From Dehalococcoidia bacterium (GTDB taxonomy: Bacteria; Chloroflexota; Dehalococcoidia; Lucifugimonadales; JAGWBF01): a DNA stretch of 64,000 nt. A program made the translations under genes and the position numbers. Of this stretch, positions 53,770-64,000 are shown piece after piece (the first letter of the stretch is position 1; each line of letters starts with the position of its first letter). The stretch is taken from positions 397,692 through 461,691 of the forward strand of contig CBDBNM010000002.1 of the NCBI GenBank assembly GCA_965207935.1, read 5' to 3'. The notes under the pieces were generated by a model that did not search any database, was not told where the DNA came from, and saw only the letters and a list, made by a program, of their open reading frames with translations.

Positions 53770-55482
53770 CTACCTCCTCACCACAACGGGAGAGTACCGT
53801 TCGGAAGAGCAGACTCCCGTTGGGCAGCGCCTGTTGACCATGTGCTCTTCGAACTCATCGCCGAAATACCGCAGGGCGGAGGCGACGGGATTGAATCCCA
53901 GCTGCCCATGGCCGCAGAGGGAGCCGGCCTGCATATCCTGCCCGACCTTGCGCATCAGGTCCAGATCTCCCGGAAGGCTTCGAAGCTCGCAGATGCGCTC
54001 CAACACCTCCAGCAAGTGGGTCATCCCCAGGCGGCATGGGAAGCACTTGCCGCAGGACTCGTACTGGCAGAAGGCGATGAGGGAGCGGGTGAGGTCCACG
54101 GCGCAGGAGTCGTCGGCCGCCGCAATAATTCCCCCGGAACCCAGGATAGCCCCGACCCCAGCCATAGCTTCGAAGTCCAGGGGGATGTCCATTTGGCCCG
54201 CACCGAGTACGCCTCCCAGAGGCCCGCCCGTCTGCAGGAGCTTCAGCTTTCTGTCTCCTGACACACCCCCAGCTACCTTGTACACCACGTCCCCAAGGGT
54301 CAGCCCGAAGGGAAGCTCCACCATACCCGGGTGCACCAGGTCTCCGGACAGGCAGAGGATAGCAGTGCCCTTGCTCCGGTCCTGGCCGATGCCGGCAAAC
54401 CAGTCGCCTCCCTGGCGGATGATCTCCGGCACATAGGAGAGGGTCTTGACGTTGTTGATGTTGCTGGGCTTGCCGAACAGGCCGACCTGGGCCGGGAAAG
54501 GAGGCCGGTACCGGGGCATAGCCCGTCCGCCCTCAATGGCTTCCATCAGGGCAGTCTCCTCGCCGGAGACGTAGGAGTCCCCGGTCAGGGCAACCTCCAG
54601 GTGGAAGCCGAAGTCGGAACCGAAGATGTTGTCTCCCAGGAAGCCCATCTCCCGGGCCTGCTCGACGGCGGTCTGGGTGCGCTCGATAGGACCTTCGTGG
54701 CCGTGTCGAATAAAGATGTATCCGAACCGGGCGCCGGTGGCGTACCCGGCCAGGATCATCCCTTCCACCAGGGTGTGGGGATCGCTGTCCAGGATGCCCT
54801 TGTCGTTGAAGGCTCCAGGGTCGCCTTCCTCGCAGTTGCACAAGATGTACTTGACTGGTTCGTTGGAGCGGGCCAGGAAGCTCCACTTGGTCGCCGTTGG
54901 GAATGCAGCCCCTCCCCTGCCCCTCAGGCCCGACTTATTGACCTCCTCCAGCACCTCTTCGGGTGTCATGCCGGTCACAGCCTTGTACAGGGCCGAGTAG
55001 CCCCCGTTGGCTATGTACTGGCGGATGTCGTAAGGGTCGATGTTGCCGGCGTTGCGCAGGGCGATGCGGACCTGGTCCTTCATCATGGGGTGCCGGCCCA
55101 GGTCCTGGTAATCGCCGGCGCCGTTTTCTCCCAGAAAGCCAAGAGCAAGGTCGGGGTCCGGCTTTTGTTCAACCAGGTGGGACGATATGATCTCCGGTAC
55201 AGCATCGGAGGTCACGCCCGCATAGAACATGCGGGCGCCCCCGGGCATGGTGATATCCACCAGGGGCTCAGCGAAGCAGAGCCCCATGCACCCCACCTCG
55301 TTAAGCGTCGCATCGATATTCCGGGACTTCAGTTCCCGCTCGATGCTCTCCTTAACCTCCAGAGCGCCGGCGGCCTTGCCGCACAGGGCTGTGCCCACCC
55401 GGACATGGGCGGCATCGCCGGAGGTCAGGGAAGCCCATTTTTCTTCTGCCTGGGCTTTGATCTGCTGAAAATTGTCTGGCAT
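53770..55482 (-). CDS. NuoF/FdsB-like NAD(H)-binding FMN and 4Fe-4S subunit with N-terminal thioredoxin-like extension
   Basis: GLRGRGGAAFPTATKW (FMN/NADH site) and ESCGKCFPCRLG (N3 cluster). I prefer the ATG at 55482 (MPDNFQQIK...) over the track start at 55560. Confidence 0.85.
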   Translation of the reverse strand: MPDNFQQIKAQAEEKWASLTSGDAAHVRVGTALCGKAAGALEVKESIERELKSRNIDATLNEVGCMGLCFAEPLVDITMPGGARMFYAGVTSDAVPEIISSHLVEQKPDPDLALGFLGENGAGDYQDLGRHPMMKDQVRIALRNAGNIDPYDIRQYIANGGYSALYKAVTGMTPEEVLEEVNKSGLRGRGGAAFPTATKWSFLARSNEPVKYILCNCEEGDPGAFNDKGILDSDPHTLVEGMILAGYATGARFGYIFIRHGHEGPIERTQTAVEQAREMGFLGDNIFGSDFGFHLEVALTGDSYVSGEETALMEAIEGGRAMPRYRPPFPAQVGLFGKPSNINNVKTLSYVPEIIRQGGDWFAGIGQDRSKGTAILCLSGDLVHPGMVELPFGLTLGDVVYKVAGGVSGDRKLKLLQTGGPLGGVLGAGQMDIPLDFEAMAGVGAILGSGGIIAAADDSCAVDLTRSLIAFCQYESCGKCFPCRLGMTHLLEVLERICELRSLPGDLDLMRKVGQDMQAGSLCGHGQLGFNPVASALRYFGDEFEEHMVNRRCPTGVCSSERYSPVVVRR

Positions 55483-55501
55483 AGGTACGCGCGGTCTTCT
55501 C

Positions 55502-55999
55502 TTATGTGTCGAGAATCTCGGAGACCATCTTCCCGGCTTCCCCGGGGCTGACTCTCCCATGGAGGTGATGGTCGATGCTGATGACCGGACCCTGCGAGCA
55601 GGCGCCCAGGCAGGTGTTCAGGCGTACGCTGGCGCTCCCGCCGGGAACATCTCCCTCCGCCTCCAGCCCCGCAGCCTCCAACACCGCCCTGACCACCTTC
55701 ATGGCGCCCAGGACATGGCAGGTAGCGCCCCAGCACACTTCGACACTGTGGGAACAGGGGGGCTCCACTCGAAAGTTGGTGTAGAAGGAGGCCACACCCC
55801 ACACATCGTTCACCGTGGTCTGGGTGTAGCTGGCTACTTCTTCTATGGCCTCGCCTGGAAGGTAGCCTACGGCATCCTGCACGGCCAGGAGAGACGACAG
55901 CACAGTGACGGTCCCCTGGGGTTGGGCGGCGATGGCTGCCTTGAGCTCCTCCCTTGTTCCCTGGAACCCTTCCTTCATCCTGTGAGCGCTCTTCCCCAC
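55502..55999 (-). CDS. NuoE/FdsG-like 2Fe-2S subunit
   Basis: 165 aa with the Cys pattern VCWGATCHVLG...CLGACSQGPV typical of the 24-kDa subunit family. Confidence 0.85.
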   Translation of the reverse strand: MGKSAHRMKEGFQGTREELKAAIAAQPQGTVTVLSSLLAVQDAVGYLPGEAIEEVASYTQTTVNDVWGVASFYTNFRVEPPCSHSVEVCWGATCHVLGAMKVVRAVLEAAGLEAEGDVPGGSASVRLNTCLGACSQGPVISIDHHLHGRVSPGEAGKMVSEILDT

Positions 56000-56130
56000 G
56001 ACCGGATTCGCTCGTGAAACTTGTAACTATCGAGCAAGCTCATGGTAGCATACCCACCAGTTCCCCACAACGCAGGGGCGCATCGCCAAAGCACCATGAA
56101 TCCGCCCCCTCTTCTTTGCCGGAAGGCCGG

Positions 56131-57459
56131 TCATCCGCTAAGACCGGCATCCTCCAGGACAGCGGCGGCTACCTCCTGCCCCAGCCTGACGCTGTAGTTG
56201 GTGCCCCTGTCCTCGGGATATATCTGGGTGGTGTTGGCGAGATACAGCCCGGGGACAGGTGTCCGCAGATCGGGGATGCGGCTGGAGTAGTTCACTCCGA
56301 TGATGGGCTGGGCGGCGTCAACCTTGTGGTGGTGGTAAGCCTGTATCCATGACGAATCGAACTGGGGGTTTATCTTGCCCAGATGGCCCACGTACTCCTT
56401 GGCCAGCTCTTCAGGCCCCATCTGGTAGATGGGATTCTCCCGGCTGGGGTAGTTGGTGAGATAGACCACGTGCTTCCCACCGTAGAGGGACGGGTCCACC
56501 AGGTTGGTCTGCTCGATCACCCCTACGAAGGGCAGCTCCCTGTCAGCTATGTTCATCCAGTACATGGGAGACAGGGGACGGTCCAGTTCCAGGATCAGCA
56601 GCACGGCGGACAGGTAGGTTACGTCGGTCAATTTTCTGGAGTAGGACTCGGGCATGGGGGGCGCGATACGGGTGAACACGTAGGAGGGTGTGGTGGCTAT
56701 TACAGCATCGTAGCTGCGCACCTCTCCCTTTGACCCTTGGGTATCGACCACCAAGCCCTTTGCCCTACCATCTTCCACCACCACCGAGCTCACCATAGCT
56801 GAGGTGGTCACTGTGCTTCCGAGCTCCTGGACACGCTCCCCGAGGCGGTCGAACACCTCTCCAAAGCTGCCCATGGGATACCCCAGCTTCTCCCGCTCCC
56901 ACACCTTGCCCCGGGAGGCCACCCGTAGGTATATCTTGCCCCAGAGCCAGGTCATGCTTATCTCTTCGTAGTGCTCGCCGAACTTGCCCCTCAGGAGGGG
57001 CTGCCACACCACTTCGTAGGCCTTTTGGCCCACCCGCTTTCGTAGCCACTCGGCCGCCGTTTCGCCCTCGAACTTAAGGCCCCTGCGGGTTTTCTGGAGG
57101 TACAAGGTAACCATGCCCAGCCGGATCCGGTCCTGGATGCTCAACGGCGAGAAGGTCAGCAAATCCTTGGGTGTGCTGAACCTCCAGATCCGGCCCCCGT
57201 GAAACAACCCGACCTTGGACTCGATCCATGCCAGCTTGTGTCCCAATCCAAGCTCGTGGATAAGATCGACCATGTGAGTGTCGCTCATAAACAGGTGGTG
57301 GTAACCCCGCTCCAAGCGGCCTCCGCCCACATCGAAGGTGGAAGCCTGGCCCCCCAGGAAGGGCGCCGCCTCAAGGACGTCAGCTGTGTGGCCCAGCTTA
57401 GCAAGGGAATGGGCAGCGGCCAGCCCCGCGGCCCCGGCGCCGATGATTCCGACCTTCAC
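56131..57459 (-). CDS. FAD-dependent oxidoreductase (amine oxidase / phytoene desaturase-like fold)
   Basis: GTG start at 57459 with GGAGAAGGAGAGG upstream. The N-terminus VKVGIIGAGAAGLAAAHSLAKLGHTADVLEAAPFLGGQ is a dinucleotide-binding motif. The track's 779-aa ORF (to 58470) adds an implausible Arg/Pro-rich N-terminus that overlaps the upstream gene out of frame. Confidence 0.75.
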   Translation of the reverse strand: MKVGIIGAGAAGLAAAHSLAKLGHTADVLEAAPFLGGQASTFDVGGGRLERGYHHLFMSDTHMVDLIHELGLGHKLAWIESKVGLFHGGRIWRFSTPKDLLTFSPLSIQDRIRLGMVTLYLQKTRRGLKFEGETAAEWLRKRVGQKAYEVVWQPLLRGKFGEHYEEISMTWLWGKIYLRVASRGKVWEREKLGYPMGSFGEVFDRLGERVQELGSTVTTSAMVSSVVVEDGRAKGLVVDTQGSKGEVRSYDAVIATTPSYVFTRIAPPMPESYSRKLTDVTYLSAVLLILELDRPLSPMYWMNIADRELPFVGVIEQTNLVDPSLYGGKHVVYLTNYPSRENPIYQMGPEELAKEYVGHLGKINPQFDSSWIQAYHHHKVDAAQPIIGVNYSSRIPDLRTPVPGLYLANTTQIYPEDRGTNYSVRLGQEVAAAVLEDAGLSG

Positions 57460-58535
57460 CTGGCCTCTCCTTCTCCGGTTATGGCATCCGTCCCCAACCC
57501 TCCAGGCGCGGATACGGACAGGTTTTTGCTGCTGGCCAACCGGGTGAGGGAAAGGTTTTCTCGCCAGAGGAATAGGAGTCCCAGCAGGCTTACTGGCAGC
57601 CACAAGGTGATGATGTGCACAAAGAAAACGTACGCTGTGGCGGCGTCCCCTCCCACCCCGAAGGCCAGCAGGGTGCTCTTGGCGACGACCTCGAAGGGAC
57701 CTATACCTCCGATGCTGGAAGGCACTGCGGTAGCCAGATTTGAGGTGGCGGTGACCAGCAGGATCACCTGGAAAGGCTGGCCCAAGTCGAAGGCAAGGGC
57801 CATCACGTAGTAGACCAGCACCTCGACCAGCCAGACGGGTGCGGACAAGGCGCACATTATCAGCAGCTTCCTGGGACTTCTGAGAGCAACGAGACCTTCC
57901 ATAAGCTGGAGCCCAACCCTGGCTGCGGTCTCTTGAAAAGCTGATGGAAGAAGAGAGGCGAGGCTGCGGACAAGGGCGTTGCCCAACTGGGGACGGAGGG
58001 CAAGGAGGACAAGGGAGGCGAATCCGCCCACAAAGGCGACGATGACGATGATGCTGAGCACCAGCCACCATGTCTTCACGTTTCCGGCATCGTCCCTGAG
58101 GACATCTGTCCAGGGCAAGAAAGGCCATACTACGGCGACAAGGAGCAGGAGGGTCAGGCCATCCATCAGCCTTTCGACGCCGATGGTAGCCAAGCCCGAA
58201 GCTTTGCTGATGCCCTCCTTCTCTCCCAGGAAGTGGGCGCGCACAAGCTCCCCCAGGCGGATGGGCAGAAGGTTGTTTGCCATGTAACCGATGGCCACTA
58301 TCGGGTAAAGGCCCAAGGGAGAAACGGGCTTCAGGTGGAGCAGAAGGTACCGCCAGCGCAAGCAGCGAATACCCAAGGCGAAGAAGTACAGGAGGACTGC
58401 GGGGATGAGATAGAGGTACTTGCCCGCATCGCCAAGTTCTCCCCGCACCTCCTGGAAATCTACCCTCCAAAGGAAGAGGGAGAGAAAGGCGGCGGAAACA
58501 ACAATCCCCAGCCAGAAACGGCGGGCGGTCAGCAA
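57456..58535 (-). CDS. Flippase-like / lysylphosphatidylglycerol-synthase-TM-domain family membrane protein
   Basis: 359 aa with about 8 TM and LRWRYLL, YMANNLLPIRLGELVRA motifs typical of the UPF0104/LPG_synthase_TM family (from memory). Its stop overlaps the downstream GTG as GTGA. Confidence 0.6.
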   Translation of the reverse strand: MLTARRFWLGIVVSAAFLSLFLWRVDFQEVRGELGDAGKYLYLIPAVLLYFFALGIRCLRWRYLLLHLKPVSPLGLYPIVAIGYMANNLLPIRLGELVRAHFLGEKEGISKASGLATIGVERLMDGLTLLLLVAVVWPFLPWTDVLRDDAGNVKTWWLVLSIIVIVAFVGGFASLVLLALRPQLGNALVRSLASLLPSAFQETAARVGLQLMEGLVALRSPRKLLIMCALSAPVWLVEVLVYYVMALAFDLGQPFQVILLVTATSNLATAVPSSIGGIGPFEVVAKSTLLAFGVGGDAATAYVFFVHIITLWLPVSLLGLLFLWRENLSLTRLASSKNLSVSAPGGLGTDAITGEGEAR

Positions 58536-58695
58536 TTACCTATAGCTCCGGGGCGAGCGCCATGAATGGACTGGAAATCGAATAAGACCATAGCCTTGCA
58601 GCAGCACCCAGTATATGCAGGGCTGGTCAGAGAAACAAGGAGGGATATGGCGGGTTCCGTTTACCTTGAGGTAACTATCGGGGTTTGCTAGACTC

Positions 58696-59019
58696 TTGCG
58701 AAAGCAGGCCGAAGGGGCAAGCCACAGGGTGCCAATCAGTCGCGAAGAAGTCCTCCACATAGCTGCGTTGTGTCGCATCGGCGTCACCGATGATGAGCTG
58801 GAACCGCTCCAGGAAAAGCTCTCCCAGGTGCTCGATCTTTTCCTGACGCTGGACCAGGTGGACACCGCCAACACGCTTGCTACCGACCATTCGGGGTCCC
58901 TGGAGAGCGTAATGCGCTCTGACGAAGCCGCCGGCTCGGCGCCCAGGGAGTCGGTACTGGCCAACGCCCCGGCTACCGAGAACGATCTGATACGTGTCAA
59001 GGCTGTCCTGGAAGGGTAG
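58696..59019 (+). CDS. gatC: Glu/Asp-tRNA amidotransferase subunit C
   Basis: ISREEVLHIAALCRIGVTDDELEPLQEKLSQVLD...RSDE is the typical GatC pattern. A more likely start is GTG 58729. Confidence 0.85.
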   Translation: MRKQAEGASHRVPISREEVLHIAALCRIGVTDDELEPLQEKLSQVLDLFLTLDQVDTANTLATDHSGSLESVMRSDEAAGSAPRESVLANAPATENDLIRVKAVLEG

Positions 59020-59030
59020 GCGGCAGCAAG

Positions 59031-60485
59031 ATGGCAGCTCTGCATGACCTCACTCTGATGGAAGTCCGCCGCATGCTGGAACGGCGGGATGTGAGCCCGG
59101 TTGAAGTGACCGAGTCCTCCCTGCGAAGGATCGATGATGTGGAAGGTCGGGTAGGGGCCTTCATCTCTGTGGATGGCGACTTGGCCCTACAGGCCGCCGG
59201 CAGCCTGCAGGAGGACGAAACCGGAGGAGCATCCCCCCTGGCCGGCATACCTATGCAGATCAAGGACTCCATCTGCACGAGGGATTTGCCGACAACCTGC
59301 GCCTCCCGGATGCTGGAGCAGTTCCGGCCAGGCTATGATGCGACGGCTGTGGAGAAGCTCTTCTCCCAGAGTGCCATCCTTCTGGGCAAGGGAAACATGG
59401 ATGAGTTCGCCATGGGTTCTTCCACTGAGACCTCGGCGTTCCACCCTACCCGCAACCCCTGGGACACGGAAAGAGTCCCCGGGGGCAGCAGCGGCGGCGG
59501 CGCGGCGGCGGTGGCTGCGGGGGAAGCTCACTACGCCTTGGGTTCCGACACCGGAGGCAGTGTACGCCAGCCGGCATCCCTGTGTGGCGTCGTGGGCCTC
59601 AGGCCGACCTATGGCTTGGTCAGCCGCTACGGCCTCATCGCCTTTGCCTCCTCCCTAGACCAGATAGGCCCCATAACCAGGGATGTATCGGACTGCGCCC
59701 TGGTGCTGTCGGCCATAGCCGGGCATGACAGCCGGGACTCCACCTCCGTTTTCGCGCCCGAACAGGACTATCTTTCTGGGCTTTCCCAGGATGTACGTGG
59801 GCTCCGGCTGGGAGTGCCTAAGGAGTATTTCGCTGATGGGCTGGACGCCGAAGTGGAGGGGGCCGTCAGGGGTGCCATCGGTGTGCTGGAAGGGCTGGGG
59901 GCCGGCGTGGAGGAGGTCTCGCTGCCGACAACTCCCTATGCCCTGGCCTGCTACTACATCCTCGCCCTTTCCGAGTGCTCCGCCAACCTTGCCCGGTACG
60001 ATGGGGCCAAGTTCGGCTACTCATACCAGGATGCGTCCACTATGTGGGAGGGCGTGGAAAAGACCCGTCAGCACGGCTTCGGCGAGGAAGTGAAACGGCG
60101 CATCATGCTGGGCACCTATGCTCTGTCTGCGGGATACTACGATGCATATTACCTGAAAGCCCAAAGGGTGCGTACCCTGATAAGGGAAGAATTCGAACGG
60201 GTCTTCGAAGCGTGCGATGCGCTCGTAACGCCCACCGCGCCAACCACAGCGTTTCGCTTGGGGGAGCGCACCGATGATCCCGTGCAGATGTATCTCGCAG
60301 ATACCTATACTGTGCCAGCCAGCGTGGCGGGGATTCCCGCCATCTCCATCCCCTGTGGGTTCTCCCGAGGGCTGCCCGTCGGCATGCAGATAATCGGCCC
60401 CGGGCTGTCGGAAAAAACCCTGCTGAACATCGCCTACGCCTACGAGCAGGCGACGGAGTGGCACACCCAAAGGCCACCCCTGTGA
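59031..60485 (+). CDS. gatA: Glu/Asp-tRNA amidotransferase subunit A
   Basis: 484 aa with the amidase signature GGSSGGGAAAVAAG and the downstream GSDTGGSVRQPA. Confidence 0.92.
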   Translation: MAALHDLTLMEVRRMLERRDVSPVEVTESSLRRIDDVEGRVGAFISVDGDLALQAAGSLQEDETGGASPLAGIPMQIKDSICTRDLPTTCASRMLEQFRPGYDATAVEKLFSQSAILLGKGNMDEFAMGSSTETSAFHPTRNPWDTERVPGGSSGGGAAAVAAGEAHYALGSDTGGSVRQPASLCGVVGLRPTYGLVSRYGLIAFASSLDQIGPITRDVSDCALVLSAIAGHDSRDSTSVFAPEQDYLSGLSQDVRGLRLGVPKEYFADGLDAEVEGAVRGAIGVLEGLGAGVEEVSLPTTPYALACYYILALSECSANLARYDGAKFGYSYQDASTMWEGVEKTRQHGFGEEVKRRIMLGTYALSAGYYDAYYLKAQRVRTLIREEFERVFEACDALVTPTAPTTAFRLGERTDDPVQMYLADTYTVPASVAGIPAISIPCGFSRGLPVGMQIIGPGLSEKTLLNIAYAYEQATEWHTQRPPL

Positions 60486-60546
60486 ACTACCAGACCATCG
60501 GCAGCTTCTGCGCTGCTGGTCCAAGTAACTCCTGGAGAAGGACAAG

Positions 60547-61932
<1,386 letters not shown>

Positions 61933-61975
61933 AAGGGGGCCCCAAGGCTTTGCAGGAAGCAGGAAAGAGGTGAGC

Positions 61976-63181
61976 ATGACCCAGGGAACGTCCCTGCCCC
62001 TGGAGGGTGTCAGGGTGCTTGACTGCACCCAGGTGCTGGCGGGCCCCTTCTGCTCCCAGCTCCTGGCCGACATGGGAGCCGATGTGATCAAGGTGGAGCG
62101 CCCCGACGGAGGCGATGAGACCCGCAAGGGGCCTCCCTACATCAACGGCTGGTCGGCATCTTTCCTGGCCGTCAACCGGAACAAGCGGGGGCTGGCCCTG
62201 GACCTGCGCAGATCCGAGGGTCAAGAGGTGCTGAAGGCCCTGTGCACCAAGGCCGACGTACTGGTGGAGAACTTCCGTCCTGGCACCATGCAAAGGTTGG
62301 GGTTGGGCTACGACGACCTGAAGAAAGTTCGACCGGAGCTAGTTTACTGCTCCATATCGGGTTTCGGGCAGACCGGCCCTTACAGCAGCCGTGGAGGCTT
62401 CGACCTGATCGCCCAGGGTATGAGCGGGCTGATGAGCGTAACGGGGACGCCCGGAGGACCTCCGGCCAAGGTGGGTGTGCCCATCACGGACCTGACGGCG
62501 GGCATGTACGGCGCCCATGGAATCCTTAGCGCCTACATCCACCGCCTGAAGACGGGACAGGGCCAGCAGGTGGATATCTCCCTGATGGAAGCCGGCATCG
62601 CATACACGGTCTGGGAGTCCACCGTTTACTTTGCCACCGGCGAGATACCGGGACCCCTGGGTTCCGCCCACCGTCTGTCTGCCCCCTATCGCGCGCTGAA
62701 GACCAGCGACGGCTACATCACCATTGGTGGTGCCGCCCAAGCCCTTTGGGAAAAGCTGTGCCATTCCATTGGCCGTCCCGAGCTGTTGGAGGACCCCAGG
62801 TTTGCCAACCGTGGCGACCGGAAGGCCAACGACGATGAGCTGGCCGCGCTTCTGGAGGAGACCTTCGCCACGAAGAGCACCGAGCATTGGATGGGGGTGC
62901 TGGAGGAGGTGGGAGTCCCGGCAGGGCCGATAAACGACCTGGACCAGGTGTATCACGACCCCCATGTGCAGGCACGGCACATGGAGGTGGACCTGGAAGA
63001 CCCGGAGATCGGACTGCTAAGGAACATAGGGATTCCGGTGAAGTTGTCCGGCACACCTGGAAGCATCCGGCGCCGGGGCCCCGCCCTGGGAGAGCACACC
63101 AGGGAGGTGCTGGAGGACGGCGGGTTCACCGCCGGCGAGATCGACAGCCTCCTGGAAGCCGGGGTCGTTAAGGCAAGCTAG
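61976..63181 (+). CDS. Family III CoA-transferase (CaiB/BaiF type)
   Basis: ATG 61976 has AGGAAAGAGGTGAGC upstream. LEGVRVLDCTQVLAGPFCSQLLADMGADVIKVERP and the GFDLIAQGMSG region are present. The track start at 61892 overlaps the asnS end. Confidence 0.85.
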   Translation: MTQGTSLPLEGVRVLDCTQVLAGPFCSQLLADMGADVIKVERPDGGDETRKGPPYINGWSASFLAVNRNKRGLALDLRRSEGQEVLKALCTKADVLVENFRPGTMQRLGLGYDDLKKVRPELVYCSISGFGQTGPYSSRGGFDLIAQGMSGLMSVTGTPGGPPAKVGVPITDLTAGMYGAHGILSAYIHRLKTGQGQQVDISLMEAGIAYTVWESTVYFATGEIPGPLGSAHRLSAPYRALKTSDGYITIGGAAQALWEKLCHSIGRPELLEDPRFANRGDRKANDDELAALLEETFATKSTEHWMGVLEEVGVPAGPINDLDQVYHDPHVQARHMEVDLEDPEIGLLRNIGIPVKLSGTPGSIRRRGPALGEHTREVLEDGGFTAGEIDSLLEAGVVKAS

Positions 63182-63678
63182 CCGGCGCCGTGGTGGTGCA
63201 CCATCTTCCACCGCCCGTCCACCTTGGTGAAGATGTTGGTGGCCCGGACGGTGAAGTTGCCCGCCCGGCCATCGAGCACCGTGGAGATGTTCTCATGGCA
63301 GGACACCCACGCGCAGTCACCCCTGATCTGCACCTGGGCATCTGTGATGTTGAAGTGCATCAGGGTGGTGTTGTAGAAGATATCGACCCAGCTCTTGCGC
63401 ACATCCGTCCAGCCCACGATTATGTCGGAGCTGGGATGGATGCAGAGGACATCATCCGAGTTTTCCCAGACCTTCTCCATCTCGTCGATATCCAGGCTGC
63501 CGAAGGCTTCATAGAAGCTTCGATTGGCCGCAAGAACCTGTTCTACTTCGCCATCTGACAAAGCCCCTCGCCGCCCCGCTTTCGTGAAGATGCCCGTGTA
63601 GGCGGATTCTACCAGAAAGGCCATCCCGGGACGACGATGGCCCACGATAGCAGGGCTGACGACAAGCCAACTTCCCAT
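63178..63678 (-). CDS. SnoaL-like / NTF2-fold (DUF4440-type) small protein
   Basis: VLAANRSFYEAFGSLDIDEMEKVWENSDDVLCIHP...RATNIFTKVDGRWKMVHHH is typical of NTF2-like folds. The true start is probably an internal Met (63627 region). Confidence 0.55.
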   Translation of the reverse strand: MGSWLVVSPAIVGHRRPGMAFLVESAYTGIFTKAGRRGALSDGEVEQVLAANRSFYEAFGSLDIDEMEKVWENSDDVLCIHPSSDIIVGWTDVRKSWVDIFYNTTLMHFNITDAQVQIRGDCAWVSCHENISTVLDGRAGNFTVRATNIFTKVDGRWKMVHHHGAG

Positions 63679-63721
63679 ATATTGAAAGGACGCTTGGCAA
63701 AGGATAGAATACGGCGGTGTT

Positions 63722-63979
63722 GTGCCTAACCTGGCTAGCTACCGGTTAGCTGGCCAAGAGGAGAGTAGGGGCCCGACATTGGCAAGCAAAGAAGAACCAC
63801 AGGCGCCGGCGCAGGCCTCAGAAAAGCCTCCCACTAAGGAGCTGTATCCTGCAGTTTGCGCCTTCTGCTGCATCGAAGGGATGGTAACGACCAAGCCGGA
63901 CGGCCCCCTGCCGGGCTGCAGAGGATGGTGCGCCCACAGGTCCAGGGTAATCATGGATGACAGGTCGGTTTTCCGCTAG
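63722..63979 (+). CDS. Hypothetical small Cys-containing ORF (uncertain)
   Basis: 85-aa ORF near the window end. It has a low-complexity N-half and a CAFCC...C..WC pattern, with no recognised family. Confidence 0.2.
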   Translation: MPNLASYRLAGQEESRGPTLASKEEPQAPAQASEKPPTKELYPAVCAFCCIEGMVTTKPDGPLPGCRGWCAHRSRVIMDDRSVFR

Positions 63980-64000
63980 CCGACCCCGGGAGAGGCCGGC

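Noticed and set aside
56131-58470. 779-aa ORF suggesting a giant fusion protein
   Set aside because: The first ~337 residues are Arg/Pro-rich and overlap the well-formed flippase-like gene (57456..58535) in another frame. A GTG with a strong SD at 57459 gives a normal FAD oxidoreductase.

Overview
The window is 64 kb of high-GC bacterial chromosome (spot counts about 60% G+C in core genes), densely coded and mostly on the minus strand. Gene content fits an aerobic Chloroflexota-like organism, but taxonomy cannot be proven from this window.

Core genes, in order:
- acs (partial, missing from the ORF track), an amidohydrolase, a SulP anion permease, a two-domain rhodanese, an SMP-30 lactonase and an acyl-CoA dehydrogenase
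- coaX and coaBC
- the glycine cleavage operon gcvT-H-PA-PB
- two ABC exporter half-transporters, an aldehyde dehydrogenase, a GT2 polyprenyl-phosphate glycosyltransferase and a ROK kinase
- a Ccm system I block (tlpA/ccmG-like, ccmI-like, ccmF, ccmH) directly joined to an Alternative Complex III-like cluster (ActA, B1, B2, two NrfD-like subunits, ActD-like, ActE-like)
- mutS and mutL
- an FNR-like reductase and a NuoE/NuoF/FdsA-like trio
- an FAD oxidoreductase with a flippase-like membrane protein
- gatC, gatA, asnS and a family III CoA-transferase

Three lower-GC insertions (spot counts about 42-55%) interrupt this backbone:
1. A 3.9-kb insertion at 6710..10657 carries an overlapping two-gene operon (220 aa and 969 aa) with no domain I can recognise. 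It is bracketed by 192-bp diverged direct repeats of the acyl-CoA dehydrogenase 3' end.
2. A 1.5-kb insertion at 43274..44751 has the same architecture, bracketed by 130-bp diverged repeats of the mutL 3' end. It carries a divergent small-ORF and multipass-membrane-protein pair.
3. A 2.6-kb segment at 13778..16383 carries a DNA methyltransferase-HNH fusion, an orphan ORF and a truncated HigA-like antitoxin.

Two thiol-redox genes also carry an in-frame TGA exactly at the redox or catalytic Cys position, each followed by a tight hairpin. These are the rhodanese at 4503..5339 and an ArsC/Spx-family gene at 46935..47309. I read both as candidate selenoproteins that the ORF track split or truncated.

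No rRNA, tRNA, CRISPR array, integrase or transposase was recognised. All calls come from reading translations and sequence by eye; no database search was run.
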